Assembly (NCBI RefSeq): GCF_009914755.1
Contig: NC_060926.1
Origin: the human T2T-CHM13v2.0 reference genome, Homo sapiens
Direction: 5' to 3' (one strand)
Length of the DNA: 64,000 nucleotides
Shown: positions 45,356-58,275 of the stretch, piece after piece
Layout: every line of letters begins with the position of its first letter
Numbering within the stretch: position 1 is the first letter of the stretch
Made by a program: the position numbers and the translations under genes
The notes under the pieces: generated by a model
What the model saw: the letters and a program-made list of their open reading frames with translations, nothing else
The model's database searches: none
Told to the model about the DNA's origin: nothing

Positions 45356-45404
45356 TTCTTCCACGGTGGATTTTGTAAGAATTACTAAATCCACCGTGGA
45401 AGAA
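45356..45404. repeat. 49-nt near-perfect inverted repeat
   Basis: TTCTTCCACGGTGGATTT-T-GTAA-GAA-TTAC-T-AAATCCACCGTGGAAGAA. Confidence 0.95.
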
Positions 45405-46502
45405 ATACTTGTTTAAATACCTGTTTCTAATCTATACATGGTCTCTGAAGCTTTTTGTTCTTCAGATCTTTTCAAAGTTTTAAAAGATGCAGGTCTAGGA
45501 GGCTGGGCCATCTCCTCACCTGGGAAAATGATTGTCCTACCTTAATATCTGGAAGCCATTCATGAACTTATGCTTTCTATGCCAACCAGCTACAGGCTCA
45601 ATTCTAAAATAGCTTTTTCCCTTCTAATATTTCCTACACTTTGTATGCCAAACACAAGATCAAATGGAAATACATGCAATGTACTTTATTTCTGAAACGT
45701 CATTGTAGCCTGGACTCTTTCAATCAAGTCTGCATTGTTGCCAGAAAATTTTTTCCCTCTTATAATTCTACCCTTTTATTTGATGCTATTAATATAAACA
45801 CACTTTATCAGGTCAAAAATGTGTGTTGAAGTTGCAAAAGCTCTTTCTCTTTGAGCTATGAATATTCTCTTTGAGAAATAAAAGTAAAATACAGCACTTT
45901 TAATATAAAGAAATACACCTTCTTGGATGCCACAAATAGGAGTAAATGAAGCTGCAATTGTATTGCATTTCTTACCTTTATTTGTCCTGGCACTTCTATC
46001 AAAGCAATGATTCTCAAAACTCAAAAGGCTGCCCTAGTGCTGTGAAATACTAAAGGCACTCAAGTTCCCAACCTGACACCAGGGATGGTCTTGACCTTGA
46101 GGGAGAATAAAAGCCAAAGATGGTGTTAAGTCTAATCAAGTCTTTGACTGAAAGAAGAGGTATTGTAGGTTCCCATGGACTGTAGGAGGTGAGGAGATGG
46201 CCCAGCTTCTGAGACTCTAGTCTCCTTGATACTTCGCAAAGATCTAAGTAGTAAAAGGCATCACAGACTGTATGGCCAAGCAGTCCTTGATGTGTTTGAT
46301 CACCAGTTGCAAAATTTGAAAGGAAAGGAAACATCAAATGAAAACATTTCAGACTTGGTGTCAATTTCTCACTTTTAACACCCATTATACACATATGCCA
46401 TCTATTTATAATCTCTTAAGTATCCTGGCTCCAAGGGGAATTTATTAAAAGAACTCATTTGATTAGAACAAAAGTGAACAAAGGTACACAGAAAGAGAAG
46501 TA

Positions 46503-46921
46503 CAGTTGAACAACATGAGTTTGAACTGCGTAGGTCCATTTATACATGGATTTTCTTCCTCCTTTGCCACACCTGAGTCAGCAAGACCAACCCCTCTTCC
46601 TCCTCCTCCTCAGCCTACTCAACATGGAGACGACAAGGATGAAGACCTTTATGATGATTTACTTCCACTTAATCAATAGTAAATATATTTTCTCTTCCTT
46701 ATGATTTTCTTAATAATATTCTTTTCTCTGGCTTGCTTTATTGTAAGAATACAGCTTATAAAACATATACAAAATATGTGTGAATCAAGTATTTATATTA
46801 TCTATAAGGCTGCCGGTCAATGGTAGGCTTTTAGTTTTTGGGGAGTCAAGAGTTACATGCAGATTTTTGACTGAACAGGGGGCTGGTTCCCCTAACCTCT
46901 GAATTGTTCAAGAGTTAACTA
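46503..46921 (+). mobile_element. Tigger2a (MER28-like) DNA transposon
   Basis: TA-CAGTTGAACAAC..GCAAGACCAACCCCT..GATGAAGACCTTTATGATGAT..TTGTTCAAGAGTTAACT. Homologous to the copy at 61371. Confidence 0.85.
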
Positions 46922-46923
46922 TA

Positions 46924-47274
46924 GGCCAAGCACAGTTAACAGTGTGCTTGGCCTACAGTTTACAGTGGCTACACAGTTCTACACAGATTACAGTGGCTCA
47001 CGCCTGTAATCCCAACACTTTGGGAGGCCAAAGTGGGTGGATCACTTGAGGCCAGGAGTTTGAGACCAACCTTACCAACATGACAAAATCCCATCTCTAC
47101 TAAAAATACAAAACTTTGCCAGGTATGGTGGTGGGCACTTGTAATCCCACCTACTTGGAAGACTGAGGAAGGAGAATCTGTTGAACCTGGAAAGCGAAAG
47201 TTGCAGTGAACCAAGATTGTGCCACTGCACTCCAGCCTAGGTGATGGAGTGAGACTCTGTCACAAAAAAAAAAA
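46924..47274 (+). mobile_element. AluS element with rearranged 5' end
   Basis: Starts GGCCAAGCACAG, is interrupted by about 55 nt, resumes at CAGTGGCTCACGCCTGTAATCCC and ends in an A tail. Confidence 0.92.
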
Positions 47275-47357
47275 GTCAATTGTTCCAGAAAGTCTAGTTA
47301 TAAATGGCCTTCATTCATCTTTGAGGAGCTCCCAAACAGTCACTGTTTTATTTATGG

Positions 47358-47360
<3 letters not shown>

Positions 47361-47412
<52 letters not shown>
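47361..47412. repeat. (TG)~26 microsatellite
   Basis: Perfect TG run at the L1 tail. Confidence 0.97.
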
Positions 47413-47415
<3 letters not shown>

Positions 47416-47614
47416 AACACATAACATAAAATTTATCATCGTAACCATTTTTAAGTGTATAGTCCAGTAATGCTAAGTATATTCACATTGCTATGAAACA
47501 GATATCCAGAGCTTTTTATCTTTCAAATCAGAAACTCTATACCCACTAAAGAACAAATTCCTTTTCCCAGCTCCCCCCAGCCCCTGGTAACCATCATTTT
47601 ACTTTCTGTTTGTA

Positions 47615-47659
47615 TTAGGTTGGTGCAAAAGTAATTGCAGTTCTTGCCATTAAAAGTAA
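47615..47659. mobile_element. Half MADE1 (Hsmar1 MITE): one TIR plus spacer
   Basis: TA-TTAGGTTGGTGCAAAAGTAATTGCAGTTCTTGCCATTAAAAGTAA. Confidence 0.88.
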
Positions 47660-48818
47660 ACTTCACCACTTAGATACCTCATATAAGTGGAATTATATGT
47701 TTTTTGTCTTTTTGTTACTGGCTTATTTTACTTAGAATAATCTCCTCAAGGCTTATTCTTGTTGTAGCATGTGTTAGCATTTCCTTCCTTTTTAAGGCAG
47801 AATGATATTCCATTGTATGTGTATATCACATTTTGTTTATCCATTCAACCATCAGTGGACACTTTGGGTTTCTTCCAGCTCTTGGCTATTGTGAATAATG
47901 CTGCTCTGAACATGGGAGTGCTGATATCTCTTTGACGTACTGATTTCAGTTCTTTTGGACATATACCCAGAAGTGAGATTGCTGGATCATAGGGCAGTTC
48001 TATTTTTAATTTTTTGAGAAAGTTTCATACTGTTTTCCATAGCAGTTGCATCATTTTACAATTCCACCAGTAGTATGTAAGTATTCCAATTTTTCCACAC
48101 CCTTGCCAACACTTATTATTTTGTTTTTTGGGTTTTGCTGTTGTTGCTGTTGTTTTTGATAGCCATGCTAATGGGTCTCAGGTGAAATCTCATTGTGGTT
48201 TTGACTTGCATTTCTCTGATGATTAGTGATATTGAGCAACTTTTCATATGCCCGTTAGCCATTTGTATATCATCTTTGGAGAAATGTCTGTTCAATGCCT
48301 TGGCCCATTTTCTAATTAGGTTATTAAATTTTTTTGTCATTGAGTCATTGTAGAAATTCCTGACATATTCTGGATATTAACCCCCATAAATATATGATTT
48401 GCAAATACTTTCTCCCATCCCATAGGTTGCCTTTTCATTATGTTGATTGTGTCCTTCAACGTGGAGAAGTTTTTAGGTTTGATGCAGTCCCATTTGTCTA
48501 TTTTGCTTTTGTTGCCAGTGCTTTTGGTATTGTATCCAAGAAATCATTGCCAAGTCTAGTGTCATGAAGCTTCACTTATATATTTTCTTCTATGAGTTGT
48601 ATAATTTTAGGTCTTACTTTTAGGTCTTTAATTCATTTTGATTTAATTTTTGTATATGGTATAAAATAAAAGTCAGCTTCATCCTTTTGCACATGTATAT
48701 CCAGTTTTCTCAGTACCATTTCTCCACTTCTCTGTCCTTTCCCCCTTGAGTGACCTTGGCACCCCTGTCAAAGATCATTTGATTATACACATGGGTTTAT
48801 TTCCGGGCTCTCTATTTT

Positions 48819-49121
48819 TTTTTTTTTTTTTTTTTTTTTGATACAAAGTCTCACTCTGTCACCCAGGCTGCAGTGTGCTGGCGCAATCTTGGCTCACTGT
48901 AACCTCCACCTCCTGGGTTCAAGCAATTCTCCTGCTTCAGCCTCCTGAGTAGCTAGGATTACAGGTGTGTGCCACCACACCTGGCTAATTTTTGTATTTT
49001 TAGTAGAGATGGGGTTTCACCATGTTGGCCATGCTGCTCTGGAACTCCTGACCTCAGGTGATCCGCCCTTCTCAGCCTCCCAAAGTGCTGAGATTACAGG
49101 CGTGAGCCACTATGCCCAGCT
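48819..49121 (-). mobile_element. AluS element with 14-bp TSD inside L1
   Basis: Poly-T head. TSD GGGCTCTCTATTTT at 48805-48818 and 49123-49136. Confidence 0.96.
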
Positions 49122-50714
49122 GGGGCTCTCTATTTTATTTCGTTGGTCTATTTGTCTGTGCTTGTGACAGTGCCACATTGTTTTGATTTCTGTAGCTCTG
49201 TAATATGTTTTGAAATCAGGAAGTGTGAATGCTCCAACTTTGTTCTTCTTTTCCAAATTTGTTTTGGCTATTCAGGGCCCCTTGAGATTCCACATGAATC
49301 TTAGAATGAATTTTTCTACATTTGCAAAAAAAGTATTGGAATTCTGATAGGGGTTGCATTGATAGTCACTGTTCTTTGATAAATCCAGTGAAGAATCTTA
49401 AAAACATAGTGAAAACTACTGAGACCACAGGAAAAATTTCAATAGCTAGAAGCTTGTATAATTTTTCTCAATCTCTTTGTAAAACAAAACTATTACAGCA
49501 GAAAATTATGCAAGCAAACATGTTTGTCTTAGTGCATCTTCTTTTCAGATCTATACATACAGTTTAAATGACACCTATTAGAAAAGAATGAGAGAAACAA
49601 TTGATTCCTTTGAACATGGTAGTCTTAATAATAATAATAATAGTTATTATCAAAGTACCATATAATTTTTTGGTTTTTATGTTAAAGCATTTAAATTCCA
49701 TTGTCTCATTTCATTATAGTCTGAAGCAGAATTTCCTGAAATTATGGTCTCTAAAATATTAGTTCCTCAAAAAAAAGTTTTTGTCATCAAATAATTTGGG
49801 AAGTATTCCAAACTACATTCTATATTTTCTACTCATTAAAGGCTCTGAGAAGTACTGTTACAAAGATGTAAAGAAATCAGTTCGATGTGGTATAAACAAG
49901 TGTTTATCAAATTTTTACAGCCTCAAAATTTTTTTTTTTGTAAACCTGTATCTAAGGTATGACTAAAAGCCTTAAGAGAAGAGAATTTTAAAGAAACAGA
50001 TTCAGATGCTGCATTATAAATATTGAGTGGTGCAGGAGAGAAAGTGCATAAGACAAAGGGGCACATCTACCAACATAGGAATCGACTTCTCCCTTTATAC
50101 CTATAAAGGGCTAAAGCTGGGAGTGAGATTCGACATGTATGGAGAACCGGATGTGTTAACAATAAAGAAACAGGCTAATTTCTTCCATATGCCATTCGCA
50201 TCATCTATTTGAAGCCATGTACCATCCTACGTGCAGCAGTACCTTTGCTGAAAAGAAACAAACAGATTCTAAGGGTATATTGAGCCAAGATAGACTGCCT
50301 CTGTTAGATGGTATCTGCTTAATTGACTCTTCACATGATGATGTTTTTGTAATATTTCCCATAGATGGAAATAAGAGACAAATCACCTTTCATCTAGCAT
50401 GGTTAATCATAATTGGTTGTTTATGTATTTTTGTCTCTGACCATGATACATCCTCCCTCTTAATTTCTTTTGTATTTTAAAAAATGTCTTCTTCCAAAAC
50501 ATTATAAGAATTCAAAAACCTTTAAACAATGTATTATTTATCTTTCTGGCCACACAGATTCCTTCAGAGTCATTACAATCCATCAACTGTGCATTTGCTG
50601 ACTTAATAATAAGCAGATTTGGTTTTCAGGAGACTGAGGCAGTTGTAAAGCGCAGATCCATTAGGTTCTTTCCCATCCACTATTAGAGTATGTGGGTGAG
50701 GTACTCACTTCAAG

Positions 50715-51686
50715 CAGGGGCAAGCCCATGGACCTGAAGCTTATACCATTTTGGAGGTCCTTTTTAAGAAAAATAATTAAAACTGCTTGGTAAGAAGTTA
50801 AGTATTCATTTAGAATTATAAAATAAACCACTGCCACAACAAAACATTTAAAGTTGATAAATTCAGGAACGATCTCAAAATCCAGAAAAAAATTTTTTTC
50901 AACTAATTAGCTATCTGACATACCCCTCAATAAAATTATTTGTCTGCATACTATTTGATTGTCTATTCATGCCACAAGAATTTTGTCATACTTTCTGGGA
51001 GAGACTAGAAGAAGAAATCAGTATTTCTTCTAGCATGGTGGATCAAACAACATATTTTTAAAAAATTAATAGTATGGAAAGGTTCCTTTTGGCTTCACAA
51101 TTTGTTGGTATTGGCGCGTACATTTTTAGGATTATTATTAATTTTGGAAACACTTCTCTCAAGTGAATTTCATATATGGGCTGTAAAATTTCAAGGCATT
51201 TTAGGGATTTGTTTGTTGCAGGGAGTAATTTTAAGTACTCTGAATTGACGACACTCACTGACCAGCTTATCTTTGGTGTCCCTAATAATGTGGCATATTA
51301 TGAGGGTTATATGGGGCCCTTCACCTTCCTTTTATAAAGTTAGATGCACAGATATAGGGAGTGGTAAGATTAGGACTGAAAATTGTTTTCTGCACTGGGA
51401 CAGCTAACCTCTACACGGAAGAATCTGTGAACTGCATAAATATTTCACTAAACCAAAACCAAAGATCAACTTCCTTAAACACGGTCCAAAAATGCCCGTG
51501 GCTTCTTCGATGCTACCTAACCCTAACAAGGGGAAGTTGAAGTGGAAAGAAACAATGGTCTTAAAGATTTGCAGTTAAAATATATTCCTGTGAATTTTAT
51601 GAGAACATATGGACATGGGAACACTTCAAGTTCAAATAAGGGGTCTTGAAACAAGCTTCATTGGTTTCATGGTAAACCCACTTCTG
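50715..51686 (-). mobile_element. hAT DNA transposon with MER53-like termini and a transposase remnant
   Basis: Ends CAGGGGC..CCTGAAGCTTATACCATTTTGG and AAGCTTCATTGGTTTCATGGTAAACCCACTTCTG. ORF 51058-51258 LREVFPKLIIILKMYAPIPTNCEAKRNLS resembles the hAT C-terminal dimerisation motif. Confidence 0.7.
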
Positions 51687-51852
51687 GTTTAAACTCAAAT
51701 TTTCTTCACCAGAGTTGCTATTGTTACTTTTAAAAGAATGCACATTTGTCTATTGAACTAAAGGGACAGAGTATATAGAAACTATTCAAATACATGAAAG
51801 ACAGATACATGACTGTATCCCAGCTGGCCAGATTATTAATCTAATCAACCAA

Positions 51853-51946
51853 GGAGGGGCCTCAAAATGGCTGACCAGAGGCATCCGGAGCTGCCTTCTC
51901 CACAAAGAACCAAGATAGTGACTGCATAATCACACTTCAAATAGAT

Positions 51947-52037
<91 letters not shown>

Positions 52038-54830
52038 CTGGAATTTAAGAGAGAAGTGACAGGAAACATGTAAGACAAGGAAGGAGGGGGAAGGGAGGCA
52101 GCCTGCTCAGCAGGCATCTGCTGGGAGCCTAGAGAAGTTCTCCAATGTGGGAAAAGGGTGAATGAGAAACCCCCGGCAGGTCCACCTTCTTACCATGGAC
52201 TCCTGAAATCCTAGCCCGGACCCTGAGCCATTCAACTCAAGCAGCCCCTGAGACTAACATAGGGAGCTGCCTGGAGACTTCCCACAGTATTCATTCTGAG
52301 AGGAAGCTCACACAGGGTCCTAGACAGCTCCTAAATCCTAAGCAGCTACAGGAAGGCACCATTTTGAGAACACAGCCCCTATCATACTGTATTCTGCTGG
52401 AGGGCCCAATAGCCCCTGTATCTTCACATCCCTGGAGCCCCATTGACATTCTCCACCTTTATTCACCACCGCAGCTGGCTCTGCTGCCAAGGCCAAAATG
52501 CAAGCCATTGTCAGTAACCCAGCTGCCTCCAGTAGCAGGGCCACTGTGCATTTAAAGGCATCCCAAAAAAAGGCTATCTCACTTATAGCAGCCACCTGAG
52601 GCCAAAATGTGTGCTCCCCAGCCACCTTACTGTTGCCACTGAAAGCAACCCTGCCCTCCCTAGCAGCAGGGTCCTGGCACAGCTGCTGCTGCTCCCACCC
52701 AGGCATTCTGCCAATGGCCTGGGATCACTACATTCCGGCCTACCACAGCCAGCACCTACATGTACCACCAAGAGGGCCTGAAGATAGGCCCACCTGACCC
52801 GGCTCCATCCCCCTTCCCCTAGTGCCTGAGCATGATGTCTGGGTGCTTTGGGATTGCCCAACTTCATCTACCATTATTGGCACCTAAGCACCCCTCCCAG
52901 GGGCCTGAGGACAGCCCCACCAACCTGCCACTACCACCACAGCTGCCACCCACTTGTATGCCCCAGCTGCAGGCCTAGGGACAAGCCCACCCTGCCCAAC
53001 ACAGTCAGCACCAAGCACCAACACCAGGATAGCCAGATATTGTCCTGCCACTGCTACTGCCATCACCCAGGCCATACTTGTTGCCCAGGGGTCCAAGGAC
53101 CCTCCCACCCACTTGGCTCACTGCTGTGACTGCCAACACCCAAGGAATCCTCCTGGTGGCCCAATAATCAGCTGACCTGAACCCACTAACACCAGTGCCA
53201 GTGTATACTACCATGGGGCCCAAGGACAGGGATGCTTGGACTGCTGCTGTCACCACTGGAACCCAAGGATTGGCTTGCTTGACATGCCTGTTCACAGCAA
53301 AACTTTACCACAGCCCCCACTAATAACAGCCCCCTAAGCCACTAAAGAAATCATAGGCACTACTGACACTGTTTGTATCCAAAGAAATCATATGGAGACC
53401 ACACTACTGCACACACCTAGAATCAAGGCCAAAGTGTCCTACCCAACCAATAGCATAGATGTGTCTTCAGAAAAAATTTCTCCCCAATGAAAGCAAATTT
53501 TAAAAATTGGAAGAAGTGACTATTATGCCAGCTGCACAGCTATCAATATAAGGACACAAGAAACATGAAAAAAAAACAAGGAAATATGACACCTCCAAAG
53601 GAACAAATTAACTTTCCACGAACAGATTCCAATGAAAAAGAAATTTATGAAAAACAATCATATTATGATATTAAAGAAGCTCAGTGAAATTTAAGAGAAG
53701 TCAGAAAAACAATATAAAGAAATCAGAAAAACAATTCAGGATATGAATGAGAAATTTACCAAAGGGACAGATATCATAAAAAACCAAACAGAAATTCTGG
53801 AACTGAAGAATTCATTAAACAAAACACAAAATACATTCAAATGTTTCAACAATAGACTAGACCAAAAAGAAAAACAAATTTCAGAACTTGAAGATTGGTC
53901 TTTTGAAAAAACCCAGTCGGACAAAAACAAAGAAAAATTAATAAAAACAAATGAACAAAGCCTACATGACATATGAGACAACATAAAGCAACCATATATT
54001 TGCATTTTCAGTGTCTCAGAAGGCAAAGAGAAAACTAGAGAAATATAAAACCTATTTAATGAAATAATAGCTGAAATTGTTTTAATCTAGCAAGAGATTT
54101 AGACATCCAGATTCCGGAAGCTGAGAGATCCCCAAATAGATACAATTCAAAAAGGTCTTCTTCATGGTATATTATAGTCAAACTGTCGAAGGCCAAAGAC
54201 AAAGAGATAATTCTAGAAACAGCAAGAGTAATGTGTCTAGTCACTTATAAGGGAACCCCCATCAGACTAACAGCAGATTTCTCAGCAGAAATCTTAAGAC
54301 CCAGAGAAAATGGAATGATATATTCAAAGTGCTGAAAGAAAAATAAAATGCCAAACAAAGTTACTATACCTAGCAAAGTTATCCTTCATAAATGAAGGAT
54401 ATATAAAGTCTTTCCCAGAAAAGCAAAAGCTGAGGAAATTCATTACCACTAGACTGGCCTTAAAAAATATGCTTAAGGGAGTCCTACATGTGGAAGCAAA
54501 GGGACAGTATCTACCATCACAAAAAAACACAGAAGTATAAAGCCCACTGGTAGAGCAAATGCACAAATGAAGAGTAAGGACTCAAATGTTACCACTACAG
54601 AAAGTCACCATATCATAATGATAAACAATAAGAGAGAAAGAAAAGAACAAAGGATACACAAAACAACCAGAAACCAATTAATAAAATTACAGGAATGAGC
54701 CCTCACATATCAAGAATTACCATGAGTGTAAACAGATTAAACTTTTCGTTAAGAAGATGCAGACTAACTAGATAAAAATAACATGACCCAGTTATATGCT
54801 ACCTATGAGAAACTCATCTCTCCTATGAAA
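51853..54830 (+). mobile_element. Old L1 (L1M1/L1M2-like) 5' UTR, ORF1 and start of ORF2, 3'-truncated
   Basis: 5' end GGAGGGGCCTCAAAATGGCTGAC and a C-rich UTR. ORF1p coiled-coil remnant KNQTEILELKNSLNKTQNTFKCFNNRLDQKEKQISELED (53743-53976). GGAACCCCCATCAGACTAACAGCAGATTTCTCAGCAGAA. Decayed endonuclease start at about 54688-54830. Confidence 0.9.
51951..52033. repeat. (GA)n microsatellite within the L1 5' UTR
   Basis: About 40 GA units with two CA interruptions. Confidence 0.95.
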
Positions 54831-55189
54831 CTCCTATAGCAGTTACCCCAGCTATTTTTTTTTAAACTATCATCTTCTATATGCTGTTGTCTTCCAAAAA
54901 TTTATTGAACTCTCATCTGTGAAGGTCCCCTTCTGAATAGCTTAGCTTTTATTCCCTTTTTATTCCTATGCTATAATTTTAATGGGATTTCTGAAGGGAA
55001 AGAGGTGAAAAATCTATGCTCCGTATGTGGATGCCATATTGAATTTTTTAAAAGTAAGGATTTCCTACCTGCCCTTGATTTAAAAACTTACAAAGACTCA
55101 TTATAAAAGATCTGGAAAGTTTTATGACACATTTTTCCCAAAATACCACACAAGAATAAACTTCTGTCTCCTTTAAACATAACATAATC

Positions 55190-55358
55190 CAGTCAGATGT
55201 GGTGGTTCATGCCTGTAGTCCCAGCTACTCAAGAGGCTTGAGGCAAGAGGATCACTTGAGCCCAGGAGTTCGAGGCTGCAGTGAGCTGTGATCATGCCAC
55301 AGCACTCCAGCCTGAGCAACAGAGTGAGACCCTTGTCTCTAAACATAAATAAATAAAT
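55190..55358 (+). mobile_element. Alu monomer (FRAM/AluJ right arm)
   Basis: GCCTGTAGTCCCAGCTACTC..GAGTTCGAGGCTGCAGTGAGC..GAGACCTTGTCTC. Flanking direct repeat ATAACATAATCCAG at about 55179 and 55359. Confidence 0.88.
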
Positions 55359-58084
55359 ATAACATAATCCAGATATTGAACCAGGTTGGACGTGGATACC
55401 CAAAGAGAAAATAATAGTTCTCATTTGTTGAATACCTTTTTGTGCATGGTACTTTAAGATATTGCCTCATTAAATACCTATTTTATAGATGAAGAAACTG
55501 AGGCTCAGTTATGCAATTTACACAAGGTCATAGATCTATTATAATAAAGAGTAGTTCTGTATCAAACGTAGTAGCATCTGATCTAACCATACATGTTGCC
55601 TACTGGGACAAAGCTGCTACAAAATATGAGTGATGCCCACAGAGGCAAGTTCTGAGCATAAAATAAAGACCCAATCTCTATTAAATGGATCATAGCAATA
55701 GTCAATGCATACAACACAAAGTGATCAGGAACTTATTTGTGAGTATATGGGATTCTTGACAGTTCTTTCTCCCCAACATTGAACACTTGAGGGAGCTGGT
55801 TTAATTGGTCACAGCCTCATGTGGCAAGCAAGCTGTTACCTTCCATTTTAGCTCTGTTATTAAGAGGCTCTGTTGAACTCTGTCCTCAGCATACACGCTT
55901 ATAATCATATTGACATTTCAGTTTCAGAGAAAAGAAATCATTAATTAAAATGTACATTATTGAACAGTCACAGTACATGTTGGATTCTACTATGGGGATG
56001 GCAGTAAATGAGCAATTTATTAATCAATTATTGCTACAAGTCCAAACCATACTGACAAATAACATTAGTTATGTGACTCTAAAAAAAATAGAACTGCTTT
56101 ACTTACATCAGTGTCATGTTTCCTTTCCTCAGTTTGCAGTTATAAAAGACTGAAATTTTCTGTAGGATAATTAAGTCAAATATTTATTACTATTTTTGAA
56201 ACTACTTCATGACAATGAATCTTACATATGTAAGTGGAAAAATTAGAACTGTTGCTCTCCAGATGGAAGCTATTCAGAAAAGATGCCATCATCTAGATAT
56301 GTACCCTGGGGGAAGAGATATTAATCAAAATAAGGGATAGTAATGTAGCTCTTAAGTGGTTATAGCTGGTTTCTAACTTACAAGATAACTGACAAATATG
56401 GGGGAGTCAAAGCACATTTAGGCAGAAGCAAAGAGCCCCTGCTTCAGATAGTACAGTTTTCAGGGGAGTGAGGAACATAGATACACCTTGTTTTGTTATT
56501 TTAATTATTGACTTAATTTATTGCTGGAAGTGAAATTGCTATCTCTAGAAACCTCGATATAAGCATAGCAATAAGGAAACACAGAGACCTTACAAAGAGC
56601 TCAGAACACTAGTCTGATAGTTCTATGGGTTGATAAAACACCTAACTTAGGGAATATTTTATGAGCTAATATTATTTTCCTCAATGAATCTTTTTCCATT
56701 AAGTCTTTAAGAAACTTTCACTTTTTGTACTTCATAGATTGAGAATTGGTATGTTGCTTGAACATTCTTCGGAAAAAAAGAATATTTTTGTTACAGTTAG
56801 TTAGGGAGGAAAAGCTTGAATGAGAAATTCAGATGAACTCTAGCAAAGTTCAGCCTAATTTGAAAAATAAAATAACAGCCAGGTATAAATTTTGCTAAAT
56901 TTCTGCCCAACACTCAAATATTAAAGTCACCTTTATCTTTGATTTTTCTCTGAATGCCTCTACAAACTCAAGGTACACTAGAAATTTAAGCAAGGTCAGT
57001 AAAAGAAACTGTAGGCCCAAGGAAGTTATTAGAGTTAGATTCATGCCAGATGATATTGGCCAAAGAAATCATTTTTATGAAATAGAAAACCTCAGTGACG
57101 TAAGATACTATGATGTTATAAAATGCTGTACCTGAACTCTGTCTCTTAGAGTTAAGATCCTTGCAGAATAGAAGAAAAAGAAGTAAAAAAAAAAAACAAA
57201 ACTAAACTGTGATTTAGTAGAAACTGCAAATTGCCTGTGTTGAAGTTAGAGCTTAGCTCACTTAAGAGATGCAGCATGAAATTATAAATAATGTAATGTA
57301 GTTTCAGACTCACATTCATATCCAAAGGGAAATGGAGAAATGAGCCCATTATGTAGATAATGAAGACATATCTTTCTTTACTTCAGATTAAGACTATGAA
57401 GATAATCTTTAGACTGGGATGGATAAAAGTGCTATGTGGAGACAAGAGGATGCACAAAAGGATAACTACTGTTATGTCACATCATAAGGCCAAGGGAGTC
57501 ACATTTTATAGTAAAATATAAGTGAACATTCAATGATACAGTATTTTATTTGTGATAATTAACAAAGTATTATACTCAAGAGCATCAAAATAAAGATAAT
57601 CACAAATAGTCCAAAGGAAAGTACACATTAAAATGATACATTGGATTTTGCTTTGAATTTATATATATTTCAAGTAGTGGCTAAAGTTTTTAAATGATGT
57701 GGCAATTAGAATTGAAATTCAGAAATGCCGTATTTAAGATTTGCAAGTCAGCAACAATTCCACAGGTTGATTTCACTCTGATAAGGAAGATCATCACTTA
57801 AACTCTGCCATGTGAACACTGTAATTACTATTGGCATTGGGCTGATATGAACACTTCCTTGCAAAATGCAGAGCTTTCAATCAATTTCAAGTGTTTAAAA
57901 AATCTAAAGTGCTTAAAAGGAACTGTAAAGATGACAAATATTATCTCTTCCTTTTGCCAACTCTACAATAACTGCTAACCAGTCACAACCTGTTAACTGA
58001 TTGCTAAAACTTCAGCAAAATGTTGTATTAACTATATGTCACAGGGCTTAAATGTCTTATTTCACCTAGGAGTACGAAGTAGGC

Positions 58085-58275
58085 TATATAGTTAAGCTTA
58101 TATACTTTACTTATATACTTACTTATATACTTACAGTAAAGCTTTTATACTTTATATAATTATATAACTATAACTTATATAGTTAAGCTTATATACTTAT
58201 ATTACTTACATATATATAAGTATATATACCTATGTATATATACTTATATACTTCATAGCTAAGCTTATAAACTAT
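58085..58275. repeat. AT-rich low-complexity array of TATATAGTTAAGCTTATATACTT-like units
   Basis: AAGCTT-centred unit recurs four times among TATATACTTAC repeats. Confidence 0.8.

Larger units (their letters stand above)
47413..49365 (-). mobile_element. L1MB-like LINE, 3' portion (ORF2 C-terminal remnant plus 3' UTR)
   Basis: ORF 48116-48340 [49 protein letters not shown] is an L1 ORF2p C-terminal segment. Interrupted by a MADE1 half and an Alu. Confidence 0.92.

Noticed and set aside
49725-49950. Possible MER103-like hAT fragment (also a possible L1 fragment at about 43845-44060 and L2 at about 26780-26880)
   Set aside because: Too diverged to assign family or boundaries by eye.
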